A DNA stretch of 34,793 bases from Thelocarpon superellum (lineage: Eukaryota), in the NCBI GenBank assembly GCA_026025795.1, contig JAPEUG010000165.1, positions 1 to 34,793 of the forward strand, in the 5' to 3' direction. The position numbers were made by a program, and so were the translations under genes. The notes beneath the pieces are model-generated. The model had not been told where the DNA came from and ran no database searches. It saw only the letters and a list, made by a program, of their open reading frames with translations. Every line of letters starts with the position of its first letter. The stretch's first letter is position 1. Below, piece by piece: positions 21,837 through 33,608 of this stretch.

Positions 21837-24011
21837 CGTGACAGTCGACCCCGGACAGGTCCCCCACTCGACCAAGGGCGAATTGTCCGATTCTGGACCA
21901 GGATGCTCTCGTGGAACGTAGAAAGCGCGATAGGAGCTCGACACGAGAGCAGATCTCTTCGACGCCTAGTGCTGTCGAACATGGCTCCTCTACAGCACAG
22001 CCATAGGCACAGGTGTCGTCAAGCTTGGCCTGTATGCCATACGCCTGTCTAGCGACGGCACCCTTAGTTCCCGGACCTCATTGTGCTGGGAGGAATTCTG
22101 CCCCATATGTTAGCATTAATGAGACACTAGCGAAACAAATCACGTGAGGATCTGCGCTCAGGTCCTGTCATTCCAAACCTGACAAGGAAGACATATGTCG
22201 GCACGACGGTCATGACCCACGCAATTCCATGGCTCCATGTCGGCGCCAGCACACAGGCCGTCACCATTCTCTTCGAGCTGGAAAGGACAGAAAGGTGAGA
22301 CGATGACTGCAGACATCGGCCTCTTCGTCGACCAATACCCGCTCCCTGTACATGTAGTCTGCAATCTATCTAACCCCCTCATGCATGCCAGCTACAGTCG
22401 CGTAATGTTACCTGATTGGCTTGTGTACACTCGACAGTCTCGGTCATCTGAGCGGTCGCAGTCACGTCATGTACCAATTAACATCCAGCAGCTTCATGAC
22501 AGACTCTCTCGAGGAGACCACTGATCTCCTCGAAAGCCCATGCCATTTTCGAGGTGACGTTTCTAAGCAGTCACGTGCACGTTTTACCACGCCCTCTCTT
22601 CGTAGCAGTTCACTGCAACCTGGGTCTCACACTCCACAAGTGTTGTCTTCTTTCTCGCCGTGCTGATGAATGAGGGTGGAGGAGGATGTAGGAAGAGTAT
22701 CAATAGAGACAGCGTCCGTTCCCACTTTCTTGCAACGAGATGCAGATGAGGGGGGATGCAATCGCAGCCTTCCGCCATCGTCTTCGTCCTGTGGTGGTCC
22801 CTACATGAATCGCTCCTCAGGCATGTCAACGCAACTGCGGTGTTTAGATCCTTGAGGGACGAATTGAGCAGAGCAATTAGCACACCTGAGGGTCGTGCGG
22901 GTTCGCACGGGTCGCTTAGCCGTGATGGTCTTGTGGCGTTTGCAAATTCCAGTCGCCCACTTTGACCGTGGGTGCGATTCAAATCTCACGGAAGACCTGC
23001 TACTATGATAGTATCTTGTACAACTACCCAGACGTTATTCGGTAACGAAGAGGACCTTGAGGTTGACAACGACTAGCTCTGCTAGTAGTGGGACGATTAA
23101 GGCTGAAACGTCGCGATTGAGCACGGGCCTTGCGACCGGGCCCCTAAATCGAACTGACCGAAGCATCGCGACACGACCTCGCCAAGCAACGACGCAAGAA
23201 AACTCCGACGCGGCTGAGACACGCACGCCTCCCGTCCGCTCTGTCGGAACGTTGGACTGCCGGGCCGCCGGTACGGATCTGCTCCAGCCGCGACCGCGCC
23301 ACGGGATCGGCCGCCAAGATGTGCCCATTGAGATGGTGATGCTTGTTTGGTTGGACGCGGATATCGTAAACTCTGACGCGCACTCGACAGGTCCATATGC
23401 ACTGCCTCATCTACAGGGGAGCTCCTGCAGCGCCGATTGAATACGCCCGAATCTAATGCCTCTTCATCCTCGACCGAAGAACCGCCCCCAACCACAGCCT
23501 TTTGCCAGCTAACGTAATCATAGCTGGCCTGGTCAACAGGAGGCCAGGCTCCAATGCCATTGGCCTGCTCGTTCAAGTGCCCCTGCAAGGACGGGAAACG
23601 CGCATCCTCCCTCTGTAATCTTGTCTCTCTGGTGCTCACCCGGCGGCACAACAAGTCGCATGTAGAGCCACGATGATGAATGCAACGGCGGCATGTTGGT
23701 TTCAGGGGTGCCGGGATTCATTCGAATTGGCCGGTTCGTATCGTCACGTCTCACGGATCTACACAGTGTCCTTGTGTGATGTCGCCAGTGAAAATAGAAG
23801 ATCAAGTTCCTTGTTCAGTATTTTTCTGGAAGCATTCTCTCGAGCTCAAGGTCTCCTGTTCCGCGCGCAAGCCAGGTCAATCATTTTCTATTCAACCATC
23901 CCACCGAACCCTCACCTGCCCGTCTCGTCATCATGGCGACGATGGCGACGTGCCCAGGTACCTTTGGCCCCTTTCCCACCGTGTTGTGCTTGCCTAACGG
24001 ATGCCGTAGCA

Positions 24012-25089
24012 ATGGCGAAAGATGGTACCAACCAATCGCTCTGGAGCTATTGTCCGTCCCTCGCGGCGGCGTACCTCTTCGCCATCTTTTTCCTCCTGTC
24101 CGCCGCTTTCCATCTGTACCAGGCCATCCGATACCGCAAGCCCTATTGCTTCGTCATCATCACGGCCGTCACGCTCCAATGCATCGCATTCATTTTCCGC
24201 ATCATCTCAATCAACAACGGGACCGTGGTGGCACCCTACGCCATCTCCTTTGTCCTGATCCTCGTGGCGCCCGTCTGGACGAACGCCTTCGTGTATATGG
24301 TATTGGGTCGGATGATCTACAACTTCATTCCGTCCGGAAAGGTCTTTGGCCTGCGCGGCTGGCGATTTGGCATCTACTTTGTGCTGCTGGACATTACGTC
24401 GGTGCCCTCGCCCTTCCGTTCCAGCGCCAGCGACTCACATCATCACAGGGCATTCCTCGTGCAAGTGTTTGGCGCGTCCAGGGCAGTGGGCAACAATGTA
24501 CCAGAGGACCAGCTCTGGCAGGGTCTGCACATCTACATGGGAGGGGTATGCCGTCATTCCTGTGAGCCCTCACCACCCGATACGGTCGCTGACTCGGCTT
24601 CTTTCACCGACAGATTGGTATCCAGCAGCTCTTCATCCTCGTCTTCCTCGTCATGGTCACCCGCTTCCACCAGCTCCTGCTACTACAGCCCAAAACGACG
24701 CAGAACTTGCAGGCCAAGCGTCTTCTCTGTGTCGTTTACATTTCGTTAACGCTTATCACGGTCCGTACCCTCTCGCACGAAGACTAGGCTCGTGGCTGAT
24801 GAAACGTGCTATGCAGATCCGGATCATCGTTCGCCTGCTCGAGTACAGCCAAAGCCTCGACGGCGTCATCGCGACCCACGAAGCGTTCTTGTACTGCTTG
24901 GATTCCTCGCTCATGCTAATTTGCGCACTGATGTTCAGTCTGATTCATCCCGGCAAAGTCATGCCCGGCAGCGCCGGAAACTTCCCAAGTCGCAAGGACC
25001 GCCGCGCCATCAAGGCGGCGGAAAATTCGTTTGGCAGCCAGCCCGGGTTGAATGAGCTCTTGCATCGCCATGAGGGCGGGGCGGTCTAG
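24012..25089 (+). CDS. RTA1: RTA1-like (lipid-translocating exporter family) membrane protein; exons 24012-24397, 24449-24545, 24614-24760, 24817-25089; ~300 aa
   Basis: LWSYCPSLAAAYLF, LILVAPVWTNAFVYMVLGR, FVLLDI.AFLVQ, GLHIYMGGIGIQQ, IRIIVRLLEYSQ, HEAFLYCLDS, IHPG. The three introns restore a single frame. Confidence 0.9.
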
Positions 25090-25263
25090 CCCACGAGTCG
25101 ATTGGGAGGCACACGGCAGTTGAGCTTCAAGGCTACTGGGAAATTCCTATGTGCGGGTTTTGGACTCTTCCATGTGCTACTGGTCACAAGGAGCTGGATA
25201 GACGGAACAGGGAGAAATACGAAGCTACAGCGAGAATACACATGAACAAATCGTAACGAGGCC

Positions 25264-25704
25264 TCATCCCTTTCCTTGTTCTGCTCGGCCAGACCCTGCA
25301 CCTGTTCTCCGATCATCCAACGCGTCCACGACCCGCAGCTTCAGTCCCATGCCTAGCCCACCCACCTCCTTCGCAACCTCACTCGCCGCTTCGTCCCCGT
25401 CCCCGTCGTTCCGTGGCCCCCGCGTCTCTCCTAGCCCCAAGATCCGCTGCGTGGCTGCACTCTCGCTCACCCAGCCCCACAAGGCCGCGTACAGCATGAC
25501 GCCCGCGCCTAGGATTATTCGTCGCCGGGGAGATATGGACTTGTATGCGCTGAATGGGTATACGCGTTAGTACTGACGTGGTGCTGGTGAGGTGCGCTAG
25601 ATGATGGGCGAAAGGAACGGTCAAGTATGGAGAGAGAGAGGGGGTCCTGTATTTGGAGGCTCGTAGTTGTGGACAGGGATGGGGACGTACCGGAATAGGC
25701 TCAT
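25264..25704 (-). CDS. Small single-TM hypothetical protein (99 aa); exons 25704-25691 and 25549-25264: MSLFRAYKSISPRRRIILGAGVMLYAALWGWVSE...LKLRVVD...
   Basis: ACA ATG start context, donor GTACGT (25690), perfect TACTAAC branch, CAG acceptor (25552-25550), in-phase join. It resembles short Pezizomycotina proteins of the pattern MSL..Y..LSP+.R...G.G.M.YA...+..VD (recalled, not searched). Confidence 0.8.
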
Positions 25705-26338
25705 TGTACCTCGTCCCTCTTGTGGCGGGAGGGACTCGGTGAATATTCCTCGGAAAGATATCCGTGGAATGACATGCTCAGAGACGTAGAAGTACGAGTA
25801 TGTTACTCCTAGCGCGGTCGTTGGAGGGTTTGAGAGAAGCGAGTGCAGCGGTTTCGGCTGCTGTCGGCGAGATCCGTCGTGTGGACACTGGCATTTGCCG
25901 ACCGCGACGCCTTGCCCTTCGAAATGCAGCTCTTCGCCATGTGTCGACCATGCTCTGGACGCTGGCGTGCATCATTTGCTTCTGATACGAGCAGCCCTGA
26001 TCATTTAGTACTTCCTTGGACGCATCTGGCATGAAAGAACCCTTTACGACCCTAGACGCAGGACAAACAGCTCAAGGAAAGCCAGTCATTCGGCCTCGTT
26101 TGCAACGCGCAATAATAACAGCACCGCTGCCTTCTCAGTGAATAACTTATGCGTGACTCCCAGGCTTACAAGGTACCATAGTAGGAACGTCTTGAGTGCT
26201 CATAAACATAGCAACTATCACAAGTGCCCCGTCCCTCCGCGGTCTCTCTTCCCCATTCCTGCCTATCAAGGACATCTCTCCTCTCACCTCGCTGGGCCCT
26301 CAATCGTCGCATCTCTGCCAACTGAAAGAGATGACAAC

Positions 26339-26723
26339 ATGAAAGCGATTCTTTTCATGACCTTCTCGGTCCCGATCGCCCTGGTCCACGGCAGCCCTAC
26401 GGCACATACTACCAACGCCACCTCGGCACCAAATATCGGACACTTTAGGACCGATCCGCGAGGAGGCTGCGTTGGGACGTAAAAACCAGCACGCCCATCT
26501 ATGCGTCGAGCTGTCTTCGCATTCCGGATCCTATCAACGAGTTCATTAATTCGATGCCATCAACAGCAGCGACGTAGCTCAGGGACGTCCGAGCTACTTT
26601 GTTGATCAATGCGGCGTCGAGATGGGGAGTACGTTGTCTGATTATTATTGCCAGAGGTGGGATGAGATGGAGGGCTTGCTTCAAAGTACTCAGAGGCCCC
26701 GTGGCGAGTCCCGGGTCTTCTAG
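26339..26723 (+). other. Candidate small secreted protein or its pseudogene (signal-peptide ORF MKAILFMTFSVPIALVHG|SPT...)
   Basis: Signal-peptide-like start. The frame stops at 26482 unless a weak intron (26479-26566, GTAAAA...ATTAAT...CAG) is removed, which gives 98 aa. Confidence 0.3.
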
Positions 26724-27033
26724 GTGGCTGCTGGCATTCACGAGACACTCAATCCGAGCGCTCAGGACGGGCTCCCCACAGGTGAGGGCTTCAGAAGCAA
26801 CAATGAGAGGCAGGGGGGAGATCTGATGTGCATCGGACGGGCGTTTGAGGAGAACTCGGGGTTGAAGGAAATGCCAGCCAGGTCTTTGGTCTATTTGAGA
26901 TCTCCTCGCGTATGATGTCCGACAAGACCAGGGCACCTTTTGGGCTTCTTCCACCCAGCATAAATCGGAGAGGTCAACCAAGTTCTTGTTTAGTGCTACA
27001 GGGTTGACTAGAACGAGACATGCACAACTCCCA

Positions 27034-27762
27034 TCACCATCCCTTCTTCTTCATCTGCCGCACTTTATTTAACATCAGCTTGAAGCCAACCTTGAATCGT
27101 TTCCGCCACCGTTCGCTCTTGAGTCGCTTTCGCTTCAACCCTGGTCGTTCGTGAAAGCGTTGTCGGAAGTGGTCTCCCTTGACGTTATTCTGCGAGAGGA
27201 GGGAACTGAGGTAGATGAGGCCCCGACCCAGATCCGTGCCGCGTTTTGGGTCGATGAGAATGCTGCGGCCCAGCGACGGACTGAGACGAGTTGTCGGGCG
27301 AGGAGGCTCGTGAGGAGGCTGAGTCAACTTGACGCTGGAACCGGGGGAGGCCGCCGAGGTGGATTTGGGCGAGATCATCTGTTCGATGGGAACGCGAGAG
27401 CGGGCGGCACGGTCTGCGCGAGAGCTACGATACGCATCCCTCAGGTCCATGGATGAAGTTCGAGGCGAGCGTGAGGAGGCGGAAGATGCAGGAGACGCCG
27501 TGCCACGGATGAGAGAGACAAGCTCTTCGCTCGGTGAACTCGCCGAGGAGGAGCTTGGCGTCGGAGCTTCTCCTCGGCCCTGGCGTGGCGTTGTGCTCAG
27601 GGTACGACGATTCAGGTGGCGCGACCGGGCGAAGTGCGAGCGAGGGTGAGAGATCGGCCGACATGACCCGGTCGACTGGTCCACGATGAGGGTCCGTAGG
27701 GACGTCGACCAGCTAGGTGCTCGTCGACTCCAAATGCAGTTGCCAATATGTCGCACCTCCAT
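27034..27762 (-). CDS. MRP21: Mitochondrial ribosomal small subunit protein bS21m; intronless; ~242 aa
   Basis: Arg/Ser-rich presequence-like N-terminus and C-terminal S21 domain LGRSI...NNVKGDHFRQRFHERPGLKRKRLKSERWRKRFKVGF...MKKKGW. Confidence 0.88.
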   Translation of the reverse strand: MEVRHIGNCIWSRRAPSWSTSLRTLIVDQSTGSCRPISHPRSHFARSRHLNRRTLSTTPRQGRGEAPTPSSSSASSPSEELVSLIRGTASPASSASSRSPRTSSMDLRDAYRSSRADRAARSRVPIEQMISPKSTSAASPGSSVKLTQPPHEPPRPTTRLSPSLGRSILIDPKRGTDLGRGLIYLSSLLSQNNVKGDHFRQRFHERPGLKRKRLKSERWRKRFKVGFKLMLNKVRQMKKKGW

Positions 27763-28237
27763 AGCCACTGATCGCCAGGTCAGCAATCACATCCCCACAC
27801 TGGTGAGCACGAGCCTTACGTGTGTGACCTGTAGATCCCTGGGCTGGTGCCGATGTGATGCAACTCAAGGTGGAGCTTCTAAGGTCGCGGCTGCCGATGA
27901 CCTGCCGTGGTGAGGGACAGTTTGACTTTGGAGTTTCTTCTCGGCGCCAAGCTTTTGCCAGCCAAATTTCCCAGACTTCCAACTTCCACGGCTCAAGAGC
28001 TCCACTCGACCAGAAAGCGCGACGATCTCTCGAACTCAACTTGAGGAATGCATCCCTCCGTCTACCCAGCGTAGCCTGGCCTGACCTCGCCCACGTCATC
28101 TTACCCGAGCCACCTGACACCGAAGGCCATTGATCTCTTCGGCCACGTACGACTCAGCGAAGGCCAAGGCCTGAGATACGGTCCGTCGTGCTGCGTCGCA
28201 ATCTTCATTCACCTACTATTACGCGTCGTTGCTCACC

Positions 28238-30873
28238 ATGTATAATCCCTACCAAGGTACGTGGAACCATCACGTTTCTTCGTCTACGCACATCTCTCCC
28301 ATCGGCACTGGGTGTTCTGCCTCGAACGGCGGTGCAAGCGTGGCTTACCTTTCTTACAGCACCGCCGTACGGTCGCCCGCCAGGCTATGGGTCGTTCCCG
28401 GGGGCCCCCGGAGCTGGCCCACCAGGAATGGCCCCACCTCCGGGGATAGGTCAGTCGCTCTCTATTCTCCTTCTCATCACCATGGCCACGTCGAATGCTG
28501 ATCGAGTGCAGCAGGTGGGGCTCCCGGCATGCCGTCGGCGCCAGGGGTAGGCCTCCCACCTGGCATGCAAGCCGACAATGCTCAGCAGCCCGGTAGACCA
28601 GGCAGCCTCCCCTCCGGCTTCCAGCCACCGGCCCATATGCCCAAGATTGACTTCTCCGCCCCAGTCATCCGCTTGGGCACGACCGGACCCTTAGCCAAGC
28701 CCTCTGGGCCGGGGGGACCAGGCGGACGGAAGGAGAGCTTGAGCGATCCGATGTCCTCCTACGCCGGAGGTCGCCCGGGGCTGGGGGCTGGACACGGTGG
28801 GATGGACCAACAGCGACAAGCCATGCGCGAGAGCATCATGTCGCTGGCGCCGCCCACCAAAGACGAGATCGTGCGGACCATCTTCGTCGGCAGCCTTACC
28901 GACGACGTTAGCGATATGCAGGTGGAGCGAATCCTTCGATCCGCTGGCAATCTACGGCGCTGGCATCGAGCTACCGACGCTGATGGGAAGCAATGCCGTT
29001 TCGGCTTCGCCGAATACGACGATCCGGAGAGCTTGGGCACCGCGGTTGAGGTGCTGAAAGAGGTGCAGGTGCCGCGGACGCGCAAAGAGAGGAATGGGAG
29101 CACGGATGACGAGGGTGTGGAGGAAGTGGAGCATACGAAGCTACTGATCGTGGTGGATGAAAACTCACTGAACTACCTGGAACATTATCAGTCCTCGCGC
29201 GCCGACGAAGACCCAGCCCAGGCACAAGCTCGACTGGACAACGCAAGGAGCACGCTCGCCGCCGCTCTCGCCGACATGGCGAATCCCACCGTGGACGATC
29301 AAGATCACGAGGCCCCCTTGGACGGCGATGGCGATAGCCACATGCGCGACGGGGAGCGAGCTGATGGTCTCCCGGCAGAGATCGTGACCATTCCGCTGAC
29401 GATCGACGATGAGCTGGCCGACATTCCGGCCGAGATGCGAGAGACGGTGGCGCAAGAAATTGCTGCCTTCCGCGATCGGAGCAACCGGCGGGACATGGAA
29501 CGGCTGAAACGGGAGGAGGAGCTCGAGTCGATGGAACGATCGAGAAATCTCGGCCCCCCGCGCGGCGGTCGCATGGCATCCCCCACCCTTCAGGCCCCGA
29601 CCGGCCCTGCCGGTGGCGCCAACGGCATCCCCCTCGGACCACGTGATCGCGGCGTCCAGGGTGCCCCATCGGGACCCAAAGGCTTCCACGGTCAGCAGAT
29701 TCCGCGAGATTATCAGCGCGGGGTGGCCTTCGTCAACGGCAGCGGACTCAACGGCGCGGGCGGAGGCTGGATCAATCGCGAGGACGAGGACAGCGACGCT
29801 AGCGACGAGGAGCTCGAGCGGCGGCGGAAAGAGCGCCAAGAGGCGGAGCGAGAGAAGCTCTACCTGGAGCAAGAACTTCGCTGGCTGAACCGAGAACGGA
29901 GTCGGACCGCCGCCATGGAGCGAGAGATGGCCCGCGAGGCCCAGGATGAGGTGCGCCGCGAGCACGAGAAGAAGGTGGTGGCCACGCGTTTCCGCGAGTG
30001 GGACGACGACGTCGAGGCCAGCCGCAAGGGAGAAGACTACTACCTTGACCGTAGCCTGTGGGTCCGCAATCGCGCCACCTTTCGCCAACGAGAGCTGGAG
30101 ATGGACGAGCGTGATCGGACCGCGGAGCTACGTGAGCATGCCAAGGATGAAGAGAAGCGTGAGGAAGCCCGTGGGATGGCCGACCAATTCCTTGCCCGGC
30201 AAGCGCAGGAGCTCGAGCAGCACGGCGGCCTGGCGCGCGAGCCGGCGCGCTTTCGCCTGTCGCTGGGCGCAGCGGCGCAGAAAGCACAGGCGGCGCAACA
30301 ACCCCGACGCACCGTGGCCGAGGTCGAAGGACTCCTTGAGGACGAGGAAGAGGGCTCGGGCACGGCGAAGCGTACGCTTGTGCCCATCACCCTCGACACC
30401 GCGGCCGACGGGCCGGGCAGCGCGGCCCACCTCACGCCCGAGGAGCGGAACGAAGCGGTGCGACAGCTGGCCGCGGAGATCCCGTCGGATCGCGACGGCC
30501 TCTGGGCCTGGTCCGTGCGCTGGGAGTACGTCGACGAAGCCGTCATCAAGGAGAAGTTGCAGCCGTTTGTGGAGAAGAAGATTGTCGAGTACCTGGGCGT
30601 GCAGGAGCAGATGCTGGTCGAGGTCGTGGAGGAGCACGTGCGCAAGCGAGGCAGCCCAGGCGACCTGGTGAAGGAACTCGAAGGGGTAAGTTGTCTCCAC
30701 CCGGTCGCACGCACAAAGATGTTGTTATGTCTTCTTGCCGTTCACCCGCTAACCACTACTGTTTTGTCCTGACCCAATAGGCGATGGAAGACGAAGCAGA
30801 AGCGCTGGTCAAGAAGCTGTGGCGCATGATTATTTTCTTTTCCGAGAGCGAGAAGCGGGGGCTTTCGGCTTGA
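28238..30873 (+). CDS. SNU71: U1 snRNP-associated Snu71/Usp107/RBM25-like protein (RRM, R/E-rich region, PWI); exons 28238-28256, 28360-28449, 28515-30685, 30781-30873; ~790 aa
   Basis: Pro/Gly-rich N-terminus; RRM RTIFVGSL...WHRATDADGKQCRFGFAEY; charged coiled region with EWDDD; PWI domain LWAWSVRWE...PFVEKKIVEYLGVQE...LVKKLWRMIIF. Canonical introns. Confidence 0.9.
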
Positions 30874-31366
30874 GTCTGAGAGTCCTCCCTCTTTTCTTTT
30901 CCGTTTCTCTACCGCACGTTTTGAGACTCTGTGGCGTGGTTCACAGCACATGATACACGATGCAGAGAGACCGGGCGTGGGTTGCCGCCGGCACATACAC
31001 AGCTCGTGGTGTGGACTCTGGCAAGGAAGGATGAGACCTTGGCAGGGAAAGCCTTGGCAAGATTTACAGGATGCCCGTGTACTGAAGTAGCCACGTCGCG
31101 CTAGGAGAAGTAGAAGAAGAAGCTGGTCTCACGTCCAAAGAATGGCCACCCGCGGCCGAGGCACACAAAGACCACTCACTTAGGAACGAACGGGGCGACG
31201 AATAGATGGAGGACTCATTGCGCCGTTTCGTAACTTCTCTTCTCACTTTCTCACGCTCTCCCTGCCCTAAAAGTAATATCCATCACGCACTAGACTACAA
31301 TATCTCCATCTCCCTTCCCCATCCCCTGGGACCCCCCATGCCCAATCTCCACCCCAGCAAGCTCAC

Positions 31367-32613
31367 TCAGAGACGCGCACGAGACTTGGATGTAATCATA
31401 TCCTGGCCCTTGTTGAGCCACTTCACGGCGTCTCCGACCATCTCGTCGACGATGGCTTTGGCAGACTTGCGCTCATTCACCACCGCGGCGGCCTTGCCCA
31501 TCAGGAACGGACGGGCATTATCCATCGTCTCGTCGTCAATGTCGTCGCCGAGGGTCTCGAAGTCGTGCTCCACCGGGATCACGCCCTTTCCTGTCAATTC
31601 CTTGATCTCGCCCGCTCGGTTCTCTTCCCAGTTCTGAATGTATGCGTTGGTGCGCACGCGGAGGGGTCGGCCCTGGGGGGAGGGTTAGTCAGGGGTAAAG
31701 GAGATCTGGAGGGAAAGTGGCGTACAGTGAAGATGATGGTTCGCACGTTGTCGTCAAATCCAGCCGTTCGCACGGCTTCTTGGTGGGCCTTGGGCGCGCC
31801 GGCTTCCTCGGACAACACGAAGCGAGTTCCGATCCAGACGGCATTGGCGCCCAGCATCAGGGCGGCGGCGACAGACTGCCCGTTGAACAGACCGCCGGCC
31901 GCCACGACTTGCACGTCGAGACCCGTGAGGGGGCTTTTCTTGCCCTTGCACATCGCCGCCACGGTGGGGATCAGCACCGACGTCGGCACGTCCCCCGTGT
32001 GACCACCGCCTTCGCCACCCTGCGCGCAGATCATGTCCGCGCCCATGTCGATGCACTTCTGCACGTGCTTCGGGTGTCCGATCATGTTCATGTACAGCAC
32101 GCCGGCCTTGTGGAGACGCTCCACCACGTGCTTGGGCGGCACGCCGATCGCGCACACGAACAGCTTGGCCCCGCTCTCGATGATGATGGTCACCAATTCG
32201 TCCAATTTGCCCTTGGTGTAGTCATAGCTACCGGGCGGGTCAGTCAGCTACGTCATCATTTGAGGGCCATCCCGCATACTTGGTCTTCCGCGCATTGCCG
32301 CCAACTTGGGGAATCAGGAGATCCACGCCAAAAGGCGCATTCTTGTCCTGGAGATCCGCCTTCAACTCATGGATCTGCTCGCGCAGCATCTCGGGCGTAT
32401 AGCCGACGCCACCGATCACGCCCAGACCACCGGCGTTGGTGACGGCAGCGGCGAGCTTGGGTCCGGCGGCAACGTTCATGCCCGCCAACATGACGGGGTG
32501 AGGGATCTTGAGCAGATCGGTCACGGGCGTCCGGAGTTGCTCTGCAACACCCCGTTAGCCACATCGCCGCTCCTGTGCCCCACTTCTGCGCTCGACTCAC
32601 GTGGGGAGGCCAT
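31367..32613 (-). CDS. Nitronate monooxygenase / 2-nitropropane dioxygenase family flavoprotein; exons 32613-32601, 32541-32280, 32227-31726, 31672-31367; ~360 aa; C-terminal ARL
   Basis: HPVMLAGM...LAAAVTNAGGLGVIGG, PFGVDLL, CAQGGEGGGHTG, VVAAGG, GANAVWIGTRF, TGRPLRV. Three canonical introns in phase. Confidence 0.93.
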
Positions 32614-33608
32614 TTTGACGGAACAGAAAGCGAGGAGGTGAGAAGTGGACGAGGTTGCTGGAGCAAGATACGGTAACTCAGAGGATGCGAGGGCGAGGTT
32701 TGGACGGGATGAACGGGAGGTGGGGCGGAGAAGGCAGAGAATGGAGGTGTCGTATCATGGGTATCAGATGTGCCGCCAACGGCCCATACCGAACCTCCGA
32801 CGGCTACGGCTGATGGATGAGCCGAGGTCCACGTCTAGTCCCTCTTCGCTAACTGGATAGGTGTCAGGCTACGGTGATTATGGGCAAGTCATCGATCATT
32901 CACTCTCCATTGCCTCGTTTCGACCATTTTACGGGGGTTGAGGAACGCGTCCCGGCCTGGCACTACGAGTACGAGCATTGCTGACGGGTACGGTACGAGT
33001 CCGACCACTTCGTCATCGGACGTCGAGTTCCGCCATGCAGTCCCTCCGCTTAAGCTCCAACCGCGCTGACACAAGCATGGTCACCGAACCCGCTTACAAC
33101 CAACTACCCAAGGCGGCTGGCATCTCAAGCGCAACTGATGTTCTAGGGACGACGCCTGTGATCTAGAATGCCCTCGGCCAAACACGTTCTTTCGTGATCC
33201 TAAGGGCAGAATGATTCCGTTCTACTTCTTAATGGTGGCCCATACGTCATTCCCAAGATGATTCTCCACCTCATTCAACCAGCATACATTTTACCCATCG
33301 GTTGCGCCCCCCTTCTTCTATTAAGCCCACCACGCTCGGTATCGTCCATTATCCCGACACACGTGCTCTGAAATAGACACATCAGAAGGTTGGGCGTGTG
33401 GCCGTGCACTCATCTATCGCATGCCAATCGTAAGGAATGTGGGGGTATCAAGTCGTAGGGAACGTCAAAGGTATCCATCATCCAAATCGAGCAGATGCAC
33501 CATATACCATTATTAAGTCACCGCATCAGACCGAAAGGGAAAGGGGGGTTTCCAAAAGACCTACGCCATATCGCTCGCAATGCCATGACACCTGGATATG
33601 TCCACCCA

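Noticed and set aside
23097..23654. 185-aa minus-strand ORF
   Set aside because: TTG start, no recognisable family and no convincing splice sites; left uncalled.
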